This document shows, in pieces, positions 20,758 to 30,961 of a stretch of DNA of 64,000 bases. Below the pieces are notes generated by a model. That model had not been told where the DNA came from, searched no databases, and saw only the letters and a list, made by a program, of their open reading frames with translations. This DNA is from Candidatus Latescibacterota bacterium (GTDB lineage: Bacteria > Latescibacterota > UBA2968 > GCA-2709665): positions 1,216,001-1,280,000 of the forward strand of contig CBDCOX010000002.1 in NCBI GenBank assembly GCA_965219995.1, in the 5' to 3' direction. The position numbers and the translations under genes were made by a program. Numbering within the stretch: the stretch's first letter is position 1; each line of letters opens with the position of its first letter.

Positions 20758-22767
20758 ATGTCAATGCCATCGCCGAAATCACGGGATTCCCGGGTCGAGA
20801 CCTCCTCCGGGTCGGATTCAAGAAAAGATCGCGGCGTGACCGTAAGGGCCATTGTCTACGGGCTCCTGTTATCCGTGGCCATCGGGATTCTGGGCGACAC
20901 GGTGCGTTATGTCCTCCACGCGTCGTTCATGGCGTACAGCCATATGCCCATGGGCAACCTGATCCTCACGCTGGTCTCGATCATCGTCTGTTCGCTGCTG
21001 GCCTACAGGTTCGGCCGGCGGTTCGTTTTCTCCTCTTCGGAATGGATCACCATCTTCTGTATGGGGTTCATCAGCTCTCTGGGGCCCACCTACGGCATCA
21101 GCGGTTACCTCGTGGGTATCATGGTGGCGCCGCACTATTTCGTGACCCTGGAGAACGAATGGGTAAGGTACCTGCATCCCTATCTTCCCGGATGGCTGAT
21201 ACCGGAAAACGAAGGCAATGCGATGGCCTGGTTCTACGAGGGCCTGCCACAGGGCGCGTCCATACCGTGGGGCATCTGGGCCGTGCCTCTTTTCTGGTGG
21301 TTCACTTTTCTCTGCGCGGTCGCCCTGGCCGTAGCCTGCCTGTCCATCATCTTCCGCAAGCAATGGTCCGAATACGAACGGCTCGTCTTTCCGGCGATGG
21401 AACCCATCATAGAATTCACAACACAGGCTGGAACGGGAAAACGCAGGTTGCCGGAATTCATGAAGGGTAAGGCGTTCTGGGCCGGATTTATGCTCACCAC
21501 GTTCGTTTTCGGCTGGAACATGATTGCCTGGTTCTATCCCCAGTTTCCCCGGTTTCCCACGGCGTCCGCCCGATGGGTCTTCTTTTCCCGTGACTATCCG
21601 CCCGGCTTTTTCTTTCTGAGCGCCGTTGTCATCTGTTTTTCATACTTCGCGAGCCTCGAGATTCTCTTCAGCCTCTGGTTTTTCGACGTCCTGTTCATTC
21701 TCGAGGGCGGCATCCTCAATGAACTCGGCGTATCGGCAATTTCACCCTACTACGGCAGAGGTCGTTATATCTGGCAGACGGCCGGAGGATTCACGGCCTT
21801 CGCCCTCTGGGGGATCTGGGTCGCGAGACACCACCTGCGAGACGTCTTCGCGAAAGCGCTGAATCCGAACCGGCCCACCCCGGACGACAGCACTGAGCTG
21901 CTCTCGTGCCGGGCTGCCGTGCTGGGGCTTGTTGTCGGTTGCCTCTACATGGCGCTCTGGCTCGCGTGGATCGGGATGCAGGTGAAGGTGATTGTCCTTC
22001 TCATCCTTTGCATGCTCATCGTCTACACCACCGTTTCAAAGATGCTGGCGGACTCCGGCATCATCTACCTGAACCCTCCCACGTCGGCGTGGGGGCTCCT
22101 GAGCCGGTTTCTGGGCGGTTCACACACCTTTACCGCGTCGACCAAAATGGCGTTAAGCCTTTCCTCGCGGGCCGTAAATCACTACAGGGGCCTGTCCATG
22201 GGTACGATGGCCCATATCAACCGCCTGGCGGAGTTTCTGCCCTCCGGAAAACGTCGGCTGTTCGGGGCGATCTGCGGGGCGTTCGTGGTGGGGATGGTTA
22301 CGTCGACGCTTTATACCGTGTGGCTCGGCTATACCATTGGCGGGTACAATATACAACCCAACTGGCTGATCATCCACGCGGGCATCCGGCAGATTACCGG
22401 CATTGCCAATTCAATCAAGGCCGTCGACAGCCCGATCGAGCCGGTCAACTACTGGTTCTTTCTGGCCGGGGCCGCCGTCATGGCAGTTCTGAATCTGATG
22501 AGGTATCGATTCGTCTGGTGGCCGCTGCATCCGATCGGGTTCGCGCTGTCCGGCACCGCGCTTTCGAGGCTCACCAGCGCGACGATATTCGTGGCGTGGC
22601 TGGTCAAGCTGACGATGCTCAAGCTCGCGGGCGCCGCCTTTTACCGTAAGTCCAGACCCTTCTTCATCGGCATGCTGGTGGGTTATATTCTCTCCGTCGC
22701 CGCCGGCGTTGTCGTGGACGCCATCTGGTTCCAGCCGGATGGCCACGTGGTTCACAAGTGGTATTAG
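20758..22767 (+). CDS. Polytopic membrane protein, DUF6785/DUF6784-like (putative peptide transporter component)
   Basis: Many TM helices; GVTVRAIVYG, IFRKQWSEYERLVFP, RYRFVWWPLHPIGFAL, AWLVK...RPFFIGMLVG. Confidence 0.8.
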   Translation: MSMPSPKSRDSRVETSSGSDSRKDRGVTVRAIVYGLLLSVAIGILGDTVRYVLHASFMAYSHMPMGNLILTLVSIIVCSLLAYRFGRRFVFSSSEWITIFCMGFISSLGPTYGISGYLVGIMVAPHYFVTLENEWVRYLHPYLPGWLIPENEGNAMAWFYEGLPQGASIPWGIWAVPLFWWFTFLCAVALAVACLSIIFRKQWSEYERLVFPAMEPIIEFTTQAGTGKRRLPEFMKGKAFWAGFMLTTFVFGWNMIAWFYPQFPRFPTASARWVFFSRDYPPGFFFLSAVVICFSYFASLEILFSLWFFDVLFILEGGILNELGVSAISPYYGRGRYIWQTAGGFTAFALWGIWVARHHLRDVFAKALNPNRPTPDDSTELLSCRAAVLGLVVGCLYMALWLAWIGMQVKVIVLLILCMLIVYTTVSKMLADSGIIYLNPPTSAWGLLSRFLGGSHTFTASTKMALSLSSRAVNHYRGLSMGTMAHINRLAEFLPSGKRRLFGAICGAFVVGMVTSTLYTVWLGYTIGGYNIQPNWLIIHAGIRQITGIANSIKAVDSPIEPVNYWFFLAGAAVMAVLNLMRYRFVWWPLHPIGFALSGTALSRLTSATIFVAWLVKLTMLKLAGAAFYRKSRPFFIGMLVGYILSVAAGVVVDAIWFQPDGHVVHKWY

Positions 22768-22899
22768 TACGGACGAAGGAAACGTGTGTCGTTATTCGGC
22801 GATCCGCATCCCTGAGGCGGCGCTCCACCGTGAGCCGGAAGTGCCAAGACGTCGAAACGGCCTTGTGCCCGGGATCTTTCACCTGATGCAGGTGTCTTC

Positions 22900-25800
22900 G
22901 TGAAAACAAACAACGTCACGCTCGGTCTGTGCATCCTGATCGCCTTTCTCCTGTTGACCCTGGTCTCACCGCAGGCGATCACCGACCGCCTGTTCCAATG
23001 GTTCGATATCCGCTATCCCGAACCTCCGCCCGTCAGGGTAGCCTCCGGGCAGCAGGAACTGGCCGACACCATCACAGACTGGATAACGCCCGCGGAAGTC
23101 GAGTCGCGCCTGCGCCGGCTGGCCGAATCGGGTTCGAGGGTGGTGGGCTATCCGGGCCACGCCGCCGCATCACGATACATCCAGGCAGAGTTCGAGCGTA
23201 TGGGTCTGGAGAACGTCTCCATCGAAAGCTACGACGTCACGTCGCCCGTGGACAAGGGCGGCGGACTGCGCATCGTCGGCGAGCCCGGCGTGATACCCAT
23301 TCATGCGGTCTGGCCCAACCTCGTCCGCACGTCCACGCTGCCGCGCGCGGGCCTGCGAGCCCCGCTGATCGACGGCGGCGCCGGAGAATTCTCGGATTTC
23401 AACGGCAAGGAACCCGGCGGAAGCGTCGTGCTGATGGATTTCAACTCCTGGAACCGCTGGATGAACGCCTCCATGCTGGGCGCACGGGCAATTGTCTTCG
23501 TCGCGCCGGATTCCACCACAACGGCTGAAGCAGAGCAGAAGTTCTTCCAGGTTCCACTCAACGCGCCCCGGTTCTGGATCGGAAGGTCCGAAGGGGAACG
23601 CCTCCGAAGGCGCCTGGCCGCCGGCGAGCGGATCGACGTGGAACTGAAGGCGCGAATGGACTGGGAAAGGCACTCCGCAAACAACATTATCGGCTGGATA
23701 ACAGGTACGGACCCGCAGCTTCGGGAACGCGTGGTACTCATCGACGCCTATTACGACGCGATGTCGGTGGTACCCGCGCTCGCCCCCGGCGCCGAACAGG
23801 CATCCGGCATCGTGGGCCTTCTGGAAATGGCCGAGTACTTCAAGGCGCATCCGCCCGCCCACACCATCCTCTTCCTCGCGACGTCGGCGCACCATCTCGG
23901 TTTTCGCGGCGTCTGCGACTTTCTGGGAAGACATGCCAGAAAAGAGGAACACTTCGCCGAGCTGATGACGGATCCCATCGATATCCGGCTCTGGATCTCG
24001 CTGGATCTCACCTCGCAGACCGACCAGATGGCGGTCTGGAACGGCTCCACGGCGTTCTATTTCCAGCGTTTCTTCACGCCCCTTGGCAAACGCTTCAGCG
24101 GCCTTGGCGCGGACCTGGCGCCGGCGTTCGGCATGGACGCCAAGAGTTCGCTTGTCGACGGCATCAACCCCCCATCGGGCATGAGTTGGCGGATGTTCAT
24201 TCCGGGCGGCAATCTGAAGACCGACTCGCAGGTGGTGCTCACCGCGGGAATGCCGACCCTGGCTTTCGTGACCATAAACGACGCGCGATTCAGGGTGGAT
24301 ACACCCCACGACACGGTAGACCATGTCAATCTGACCCAACTGACGAATCAGATCAGGCTGCTTGCGGCGGTACTCAGCAAAGCCCTGAATGAACCCGATT
24401 TCCTACCCGACTACCGTGTGAAGATGAAGGACAGGATGCGCGCCCTGAAGGGGCGCCTGCTTACGTACCCGCGTCGCAGCATCACCCCGGACCGGCCGCG
24501 CAAGGGCGCGGTGGCCGTATTGCGGATGACTTCCGAAAAAACGGTCAAGGGCGTGCGCGCCATCTTCTACGACCTGGCCGACGAAAACGGAGAGTTCTAC
24601 GTCCCGGGTCTCGCCGTACGGTGGGTTGGCCTGGACGCCTATTACCTCGACCCGGAAAGCGGTGAAATCACCTATGCGGCGGATCGGGGTCAGGCAGCGC
24701 GGATCTACAAGCCCGAATTCGGCATGGACTGGTGGATTACACGCGCCACCCGCATCATGTTTCCCTGCGTGTCGACCGACTTCTACGAAACCGTAGATCC
24801 GCGATATCTCACCAAGCTCCCGAGCCTCTCCCTGTACGGCGACGGAAACACCGCCCCCCGGGAATACGGATATACACTGGGTTACGGACCCAACGAACCG
24901 GTCGGCGTGGTCTTCACGCCCCCGGGCGTCAAGCTCAAGATCACGATGCAGACGAAGGGGATCGGCATCCGCTACATGCTGCTGAATGCCACCGATACGA
25001 CCAGCGTGGAAGCCGCACGCAAGAGCGGGTTCGTGGCCGCCACCCACGGCGCGATCACCCACACGGCCTATCAGGCCGCCAAGGACATGTGGGTCCTCGA
25101 CCACGCCAGGATGCGCGAGCTCAACGAATACGGAATCGAAAACGACCGGCTTTCCGATCTGCACAACCGGGCGGCGGCACATCTGGCGCGCGCGGACTCG
25201 GCCCGGCAGCGATTGCGGTGGGACGAGTTCATCAGGCATTCGCGCGCGGCGCTCGGCCTTGAATCGCGCGCCTATCCGGACGTGAAGGGGACGCAGAACG
25301 ACGTGATCCGCGGCATCATCTTTTTCATGGCGCTGGTTCTGCCCTGTGCTTTTTTCGGCGAGCGGCTTATCTTTACCGCGGTGGACATCCGTTGGCAGAT
25401 TGTGGGCTTCGCCGGTATATTCGTGGTTATCTGGGTCTTTCTGTCCATCGTTCATCCCGCATTCGACCTTTCGAATCCCTTTGTCATCCTCCTGGCCTTT
25501 GTGCTCCTGGCGCTGGCCAGCTTCGTGATCAGCCTGGTATTCTCCCGCTTCAACAGTCAGATGCGCAACCTGCGCACCGAGGCCGCTGTCATCCACGACG
25601 TGGACGTGGGACGGATTTCCGCCTCGCTGGCGGCCTTTCAACTGGGCATCGCCAATATGAAGCGGCGCAAACTCAGAACGGCGCTCACCTTTACCACGCT
25701 CGTCCTGCTTACCTTCACCGTGTTGTCCTTCTCTTCGATCAAGTCCCAGCTCAAGTTTCACCAGATTTCACGGGACAATCTGGGCCCGTATCCGGGAATG

Positions 25801-27420
25801 CTCATCCGGAGCAAGTACTGGGCGCCCCTCGAGGAATCGGTACTCGACTATGTGAACGCCAACTTCGGCCAGGAGGCCGTTGTGGCGGCGCGCAGCTGGT
25901 ACGCCTCCAAGGAGAAAAAGGCCATCCAGGTCGTTTCGGACAGCGCGTCGGCCAACGCGCTCGGCATTGTGGGGTTGACCGCGCAGGAAACCGACGTGAT
26001 CGGGATTCAGGACTGTCTGGCGGCCGGTCGGTGGTTCCTCCCGGGCGAACGGAACGTCGCCGTGCTGCCCCAGGCGATGGCCGACCTCCTGAAGATCGGC
26101 GAAGCCGATATCGGACAGGCCGAGGTCCGGCTCTTCGGAGAACGATTCAAGGTGGTCGGACTGATCGACGCCGAGCGCATGAAAGACCTCGAAGACCTCG
26201 ATGGAGAGCCCCTGACGCCCGCGGATTTCGTGCTGACCGACGAGAACGTGTTCATGCAGATGGCGCAACAGGAGAAACGCGAAAAAGCAGGCCTGGAAGA
26301 GACCGACGTCGAGATCATGGAATTCGAACACCTCGACCCGGCCAACGTCATGGTGGTACCGTACCAGGCGCTCAGGGAAGTCAACAGCCCGCTCCAGGCC
26401 ATCGCCGTGAGGTTCCGGGACCCGTCGGTGGTCAGGCAGCGGGTGGAAAGCTTTATCTCGCGGCTCTCCGTCGTCCTCTTTGCGGGGGTCCCGGAAATCT
26501 CTCCCGAGGGAGAGATCGGACGCATTGCGGTTTCCGTGTACTCCTCTTTCGGACGGGCGTCGGCGCAGGGCCTGAGCAACCTGTTCATTCCCATCGCCAT
26601 CGCCGCCCTGATCGTATTGAACACGATGATGGGGTCGGTTTACGAACGATTCCGGGAAATCGGCATCTATTCCTCGGTCGGCCTGGCGCCCGTGCACATC
26701 GCCTTCCTGTTCCTGGCCGAGTCCTGCGTTTACGCGGTGCTTGGCGCGGTTTCGGGTTATCTGCTCGCGCAGGGCGTTTCCAAAATCGTGCTCTGGCAGG
26801 GGCTTCTCGAGGGCATTACCGTGAATTACTCCTCCATCTCCGCCATGGCCTCCTCCACGCTCGTGATGCTCGTGGTGATCCTCTCCACCATCTACCCCGC
26901 CCGCCGGGCTTCGCAGCTGGCGGTTCCGGATATCACGCGGCGCTGGAAACTTCCGGATCCGGAAGCGGACCGCTGGGATTTTGAGTTCCCGTTCACCATA
27001 TCCGGCAACGAAGTCCTGGGTCTGTTCACGTTTCTCACCAGGTATTTCGACTTTCATACGGAAAGCTCGATGGGCACGTTCTTCACGCACGGGGCCAACC
27101 TGTCCGCGTACGACACGAACCGGGACCGCGGGTACCGAATCGATACGACCATCTGGCTCGCGCCCTTCGATCTCGGGGTCAGCCAGACCATCCGCCTGGC
27201 GTCCGCGCCCACGGGCGCCTTCGGCATCCACACGCTCGAGATCACCATAGACCGGCTGTCCGGCGACCTCGCGTCGTGGAAGCGGTGCAACCAGCGCTTC
27301 ATGAACCAGATCCGGAAGCAGTTTCTCATCTGGCGCACCATCCCGGAAGAAAGCCAGCGTCAATACAGAAGCGACGGCGATGAACTGATCGGTGAAGCGC
27401 GCGTGCGACGAGAGGCGTAG
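22900..27420 (+). CDS. 1506-aa fusion: M28-peptidase-like/PA domain, large extracytoplasmic region, MacB/FtsX-type ABC permease
   Basis: SRVVGYPGH, NIIGWITG, DAYYD, PGAEQASG (M28 fold); NMKRRKLRTALT (MacB TM1); LNTMMGSVYERFREIGIYSSVG and IYPARRAS (FtsX). Confidence 0.85.
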   Translation: MKTNNVTLGLCILIAFLLLTLVSPQAITDRLFQWFDIRYPEPPPVRVASGQQELADTITDWITPAEVESRLRRLAESGSRVVGYPGHAAASRYIQAEFERMGLENVSIESYDVTSPVDKGGGLRIVGEPGVIPIHAVWPNLVRTSTLPRAGLRAPLIDGGAGEFSDFNGKEPGGSVVLMDFNSWNRWMNASMLGARAIVFVAPDSTTTAEAEQKFFQVPLNAPRFWIGRSEGERLRRRLAAGERIDVELKARMDWERHSANNIIGWITGTDPQLRERVVLIDAYYDAMSVVPALAPGAEQASGIVGLLEMAEYFKAHPPAHTILFLATSAHHLGFRGVCDFLGRHARKEEHFAELMTDPIDIRLWISLDLTSQTDQMAVWNGSTAFYFQRFFTPLGKRFSGLGADLAPAFGMDAKSSLVDGINPPSGMSWRMFIPGGNLKTDSQVVLTAGMPTLAFVTINDARFRVDTPHDTVDHVNLTQLTNQIRLLAAVLSKALNEPDFLPDYRVKMKDRMRALKGRLLTYPRRSITPDRPRKGAVAVLRMTSEKTVKGVRAIFYDLADENGEFYVPGLAVRWVGLDAYYLDPESGEITYAADRGQAARIYKPEFGMDWWITRATRIMFPCVSTDFYETVDPRYLTKLPSLSLYGDGNTAPREYGYTLGYGPNEPVGVVFTPPGVKLKITMQTKGIGIRYMLLNATDTTSVEAARKSGFVAATHGAITHTAYQAAKDMWVLDHARMRELNEYGIENDRLSDLHNRAAAHLARADSARQRLRWDEFIRHSRAALGLESRAYPDVKGTQNDVIRGIIFFMALVLPCAFFGERLIFTAVDIRWQIVGFAGIFVVIWVFLSIVHPAFDLSNPFVILLAFVLLALASFVISLVFSRFNSQMRNLRTEAAVIHDVDVGRISASLAAFQLGIANMKRRKLRTALTFTTLVLLTFTVLSFSSIKSQLKFHQISRDNLGPYPGMLIRSKYWAPLEESVLDYVNANFGQEAVVAARSWYASKEKKAIQVVSDSASANALGIVGLTAQETDVIGIQDCLAAGRWFLPGERNVAVLPQAMADLLKIGEADIGQAEVRLFGERFKVVGLIDAERMKDLEDLDGEPLTPADFVLTDENVFMQMAQQEKREKAGLEETDVEIMEFEHLDPANVMVVPYQALREVNSPLQAIAVRFRDPSVVRQRVESFISRLSVVLFAGVPEISPEGEIGRIAVSVYSSFGRASAQGLSNLFIPIAIAALIVLNTMMGSVYERFREIGIYSSVGLAPVHIAFLFLAESCVYAVLGAVSGYLLAQGVSKIVLWQGLLEGITVNYSSISAMASSTLVMLVVILSTIYPARRASQLAVPDITRRWKLPDPEADRWDFEFPFTISGNEVLGLFTFLTRYFDFHTESSMGTFFTHGANLSAYDTNRDRGYRIDTTIWLAPFDLGVSQTIRLASAPTGAFGIHTLEITIDRLSGDLASWKRCNQRFMNQIRKQFLIWRTIPEESQRQYRSDGDELIGEARVRREA

Positions 27421-27423
27421 ACC

Positions 27424-28722
27424 GTGCCGCTCGGCAGACACATTCTGGTGGAGCTCTACGGGTCTCCCTCATCCGTTCTGGACGACGTCAACCGCATCGA
27501 AGCGTGCATGATTCACGCGGCGAACGCGGCGAACGCGACCGTCATCAATACCTCCTTCCACCGATTCTCGCCCCACGGCGTCTCCGGCGTGGTCGTCATC
27601 CACGAAAGCCACCTCTCCATCCACACCTGGCCCGAGCACGGTTTCGCCGCCGTCGACCTGTTCACCTGCGGCGATACGATCGATCCCTGGAAGGCGTACG
27701 AAGCGCTGAAATCGGACCTGGAAGCCACTCACGGCACCACCCGCGAAATCGACCGCGGACAACGCATTGCGCCGGCTCAGACCGGCGCCGCGCCGGCGCA
27801 AGCAGCAATGGAATCGCCGACGGCACACGTCCGCAATCTCTGGTTTACCAGGAGAGAAGAACAGATCGCCCTTTCGCTCAGGCACGCGGGCGTGCGCTTC
27901 CAGCACCGGTCGGCCCACCAGAAGATCGAAGTACTCGACAGTTTCGGATACGGCAAAGCGCTGGTGATCGACGGGGCGATTGTCTGTACCGAGCAGGACG
28001 AGCACATCTACCATGAGATGATCGTACACGTACCCATGCAGACCCGCCCGCACGCCCGCCGGGCCCTGGTCATCGGGGGCGGCGACGGCGGGGCCGCTCG
28101 GGAATTGCTTCGATACGAGCAGATCGAGCAGGTTGTCGCGGTTGAACTCGACGCCGCGGTTGTCAGCGCCTGCAGGCAGCATTTCCCTGCCCTTGCGCCG
28201 GCTTTCGACGATCCAAGGCTCTCGCTGCATATTGCGGACGGCCTTACCTATATCCAAACCTTTCCTGCCGAATCCTTCGACGTGGTGATTGTGGACGTGG
28301 CCGACCCCTCAGGCGGATCCCGGCAACTCTTTACCGAGCCCTTTTACCTGCGCGTTCGCGAAAGCCTCCGTCCCGACGGGGTCATGGTGGCCCAGACCGA
28401 ACCTCCCGCACTCAACAGCCGCACGTTCGCGGCGATATACACACGCCAGGAATCGGTCTTCGGTCCGGGTAACGTACATTGCTATCTCGCCTCCATTCCA
28501 ACGGTTACGACCGGGCTGGTCAGCTTTTCCTATGCCGCGAAGGAGCCCTTTGACCCTGCTGGAGACTTCAACCCGGCAGACGCCCGCCGCTTCTCGGAAA
28601 CCCACGGCCTGCAATACTACAACGAGGAAATTCACCGTGCGGCCTTTGTACTCCCCCCTTTCGTCAGACGTCTTTTGCGAGGCGAACCCCCGAAGCCGGC
28701 GTTTCGTGAACGCGTTGGATAG
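27424..28722 (+). CDS. Fused S-adenosylmethionine decarboxylase proenzyme (SpeD) and spermidine synthase (SpeE)
   Basis: [30 protein letters not shown] (pyruvoyl ES site), DLFTCG; then [34 protein letters not shown]. Confidence 0.93.
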   Translation: MPLGRHILVELYGSPSSVLDDVNRIEACMIHAANAANATVINTSFHRFSPHGVSGVVVIHESHLSIHTWPEHGFAAVDLFTCGDTIDPWKAYEALKSDLEATHGTTREIDRGQRIAPAQTGAAPAQAAMESPTAHVRNLWFTRREEQIALSLRHAGVRFQHRSAHQKIEVLDSFGYGKALVIDGAIVCTEQDEHIYHEMIVHVPMQTRPHARRALVIGGGDGGAARELLRYEQIEQVVAVELDAAVVSACRQHFPALAPAFDDPRLSLHIADGLTYIQTFPAESFDVVIVDVADPSGGSRQLFTEPFYLRVRESLRPDGVMVAQTEPPALNSRTFAAIYTRQESVFGPGNVHCYLASIPTVTTGLVSFSYAAKEPFDPAGDFNPADARRFSETHGLQYYNEEIHRAAFVLPPFVRRLLRGEPPKPAFRERVG

Positions 28723-28816
28723 GCATCGCGTGGTATCATGGGATTCCAGTCCGGTCTGCGCGAAACCGTTGGGGGTTTCAGCTCTGGCGTCGACCGGAGC
28801 TTTGTTTCCTTTCCTG

Positions 28817-28845
28817 TTGACAATGCCTCCGGCCCGGAGTAGCTT
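28817..28845 (+). promoter_or_regulatory. Sigma-70-type promoter
   Basis: TTGACA (28817-28822), 17 bp, TAGCTT (28840-28845). Confidence 0.55.
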
Positions 28846-28984
28846 CAGCGACAACCGCCACGGGAATTTGCGAACGACAATGGTTCACACCGCCGTGTAT
28901 TCCGCGCGAACGCGTGCATGAACCGTTTCCCGATGCCGAAATTCTCTCCGGGCGGGATGCAGCGGGGAGAATTTCGTACAATCT

Positions 28985-29758
28985 ATGCGAACATCCGGTA
29001 ATCCGAACGTCTCCGTCGACAGCCCCGTGCCGCGGTCACACACCGTCGATACCCTGAGCAGGGACCTGAAGCATCTCGGACTCGAATCGGGCGATACCGT
29101 TTTCATACACGTTTCATTCAAGAGCCTGGGACCGGTCGAAGGCGGCGCGCTCACCGTCGTGCACGCCCTGGAGAATGCCACGAGGCCCGGGGGCCTCATC
29201 CTGATGCCCTCGTTCAATCTCCTGGAGAATACCCGGTTGCGGGCTGAAGCGTGGGACCCTGATACGACCCCCTCCACCGTGGGGTGGCTCACCGAATTCT
29301 TCCGCACCATGCCCGGCACGTTTCGCTCGGACCACTATTCCCATTCCGTCGCCGCTCGCGGCAGGAACGCCCGGGCTTTCGTTGACGGCCATCGCGACAG
29401 AACAGGCCGTGCTTCGCCCTGGGACCGGGATCCGTGGGGCAAGACGTACGGCGACAATTCTCCGATGGTCAGGGCCTATGCGGCCGGCGGCAAACTGCTC
29501 ATGCTGGGCGTTACCTACGAAACGTCAACCTATATTCACCTTGTGGAAGTCATCTGCTGGCACCGGCGCCGCGAGGTCGAGCCGGATGCCGGATACGGCA
29601 GGATCGACCGCCCGGCGCTGGGGGCATACTGGGAGGGCAGCGGCGCGCTGAACCTGGGGCGGGTGGGCGATGCCCGGTGCCGGCTCTTCCCCATCCGGAC
29701 CTACGTGGATACGCTTGTCGAGGAGGTCGAACGCAGGCCGGACACCTATTTCAAATAG
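28985..29758 (+). CDS. AAC(3)/YokD-family N-acetyltransferase (Antibiotic_NAT fold)
   Basis: GDTVFIHVSFKSLG, GLILMPSF, GWLTEFFR, RSDHYSHSVAARG, LMLGV...TYIHLVE. Confidence 0.88.
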   Translation: MRTSGNPNVSVDSPVPRSHTVDTLSRDLKHLGLESGDTVFIHVSFKSLGPVEGGALTVVHALENATRPGGLILMPSFNLLENTRLRAEAWDPDTTPSTVGWLTEFFRTMPGTFRSDHYSHSVAARGRNARAFVDGHRDRTGRASPWDRDPWGKTYGDNSPMVRAYAAGGKLLMLGVTYETSTYIHLVEVICWHRRREVEPDAGYGRIDRPALGAYWEGSGALNLGRVGDARCRLFPIRTYVDTLVEEVERRPDTYFK

Positions 29759-29850
29759 GCCGTTTCCCGCCGGGCCGGTTCCGGCAATCCGTAACCTGCA
29801 CCGCACACCGGACGAAACTGGCCGCAGCAATGAGCCCGAAGGAGGATTTC

Positions 29851-30099
29851 GTGACGTCGGAACAGGCCGCAGCGCTGATAAACACCCTCGAATCCCTGAT
29901 GGACGCGATCGGGAAGAAGGAACCGATCACGGAACACCTGCTTCGTCTGTCCGCGCTCCAGCGGAACCTCGCGCCGGTCGCGTCCCCACAGTTGAATCAC
30001 TTCCTGCAGAACAGAAGCTATACGAAAGCGCTGGAGTTCCTGAGGAACGGTGTCGTCGTCGAGGATCCGAAGCGTCCGGACTGCGACGACGACGCATAG
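29851..30099 (+). CDS. Small helical hypothetical protein (82 aa)
   Basis: RBS GGAGGA then GTG 29851; QLNHFLQNRSYTKALEFL; fills the gap between two + strand genes. Confidence 0.7.
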   Translation: MTSEQAAALINTLESLMDAIGKKEPITEHLLRLSALQRNLAPVASPQLNHFLQNRSYTKALEFLRNGVVVEDPKRPDCDDDA

Positions 30100-30147
30100 T
30101 CGCGCCGCGCCCGGTCAATCCATACGATCACGCAGAGAGGGTTCACC

Positions 30148-30915
30148 ATGGTAAAAAGCATCCGCCAGCGGGCGCTCGACCGCGACCTGGTCGCCGGGAC
30201 ATTCCTGAATCTGGGTTCGCCCGTAACGGCCGAAATCGCCGGGAAGAGCGGTCTCGACTGGGTCCTGATCGACATTGAACACGGCGCGTCAGACCTGGAA
30301 ACGCTGCGAGTCCAGCTTCAGGTCGTCTCCGGCACGCCCGCCGTGCCCATCGTCCGCATTGCGGCCAATGAACCGCCGCGATTCAAGCGCGTGCTGGATA
30401 TGGGCGCATCGGGAGTGATGGTGCCCTACGTGAGCACGGCGGCCGAGGCCGAGCGGGCGGTGGCCTCAACCCGTTATCCCCCGCGCGGCATCCGGGGTGT
30501 GGCCAAGTTGAACCGCGGCAGCGAGTTCGGCCGCGATTTCGATGAATATTTCGAATCCTCACACAAGTTCCTCACGACAGTCGTGCAAATCGAGACCCCG
30601 GAAGCCGTGGCCGCCATCGACGATATCGCGGCGGTAGACGGCGTGGACGTCCTGTTCATCGGCCCGCTCGACCTCAGCGTCAACCTGGGAATTCCGCAGC
30701 AGTTCGACCATCCCAGGTTTCTGGAAGCCAGGGCCAGGGTCTCCGAAGCCGCCAGGCGAGCGGGCAAAGCCGCGGGAATCCTGCTGCTGGACCCCGGTCA
30801 CCTCGACGCCGCGGTGCGGGACGGATTCACCTTTGTCGCGCTCGGGTCCGACGGCGGCCTTGTCGCGGCCGGCATGCAGAACATCGCGGCCGCCTTCGAT
30901 CCTTACAGGAAATAG
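30148..30915 (+). CDS. HpcH/HpaI class II aldolase (2-keto-3-deoxy sugar-acid aldolase-like)
   Basis: DWVLIDIEHG, RVLDMGASGVMVP, RYPPRGIRG, QIET, LFIGPLDLS. Confidence 0.92.
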   Translation: MVKSIRQRALDRDLVAGTFLNLGSPVTAEIAGKSGLDWVLIDIEHGASDLETLRVQLQVVSGTPAVPIVRIAANEPPRFKRVLDMGASGVMVPYVSTAAEAERAVASTRYPPRGIRGVAKLNRGSEFGRDFDEYFESSHKFLTTVVQIETPEAVAAIDDIAAVDGVDVLFIGPLDLSVNLGIPQQFDHPRFLEARARVSEAARRAGKAAGILLLDPGHLDAAVRDGFTFVALGSDGGLVAAGMQNIAAAFDPYRK

Positions 30916-30961
30916 CGACACGCCGCGGCTGCCCGAAGCGACGGCGACGGGAGACCCAGGG

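Noticed and set aside
28985-29758. Acquired aminoglycoside resistance gene
   Set aside because: Only fold-level motifs; no mobile context and host-like composition
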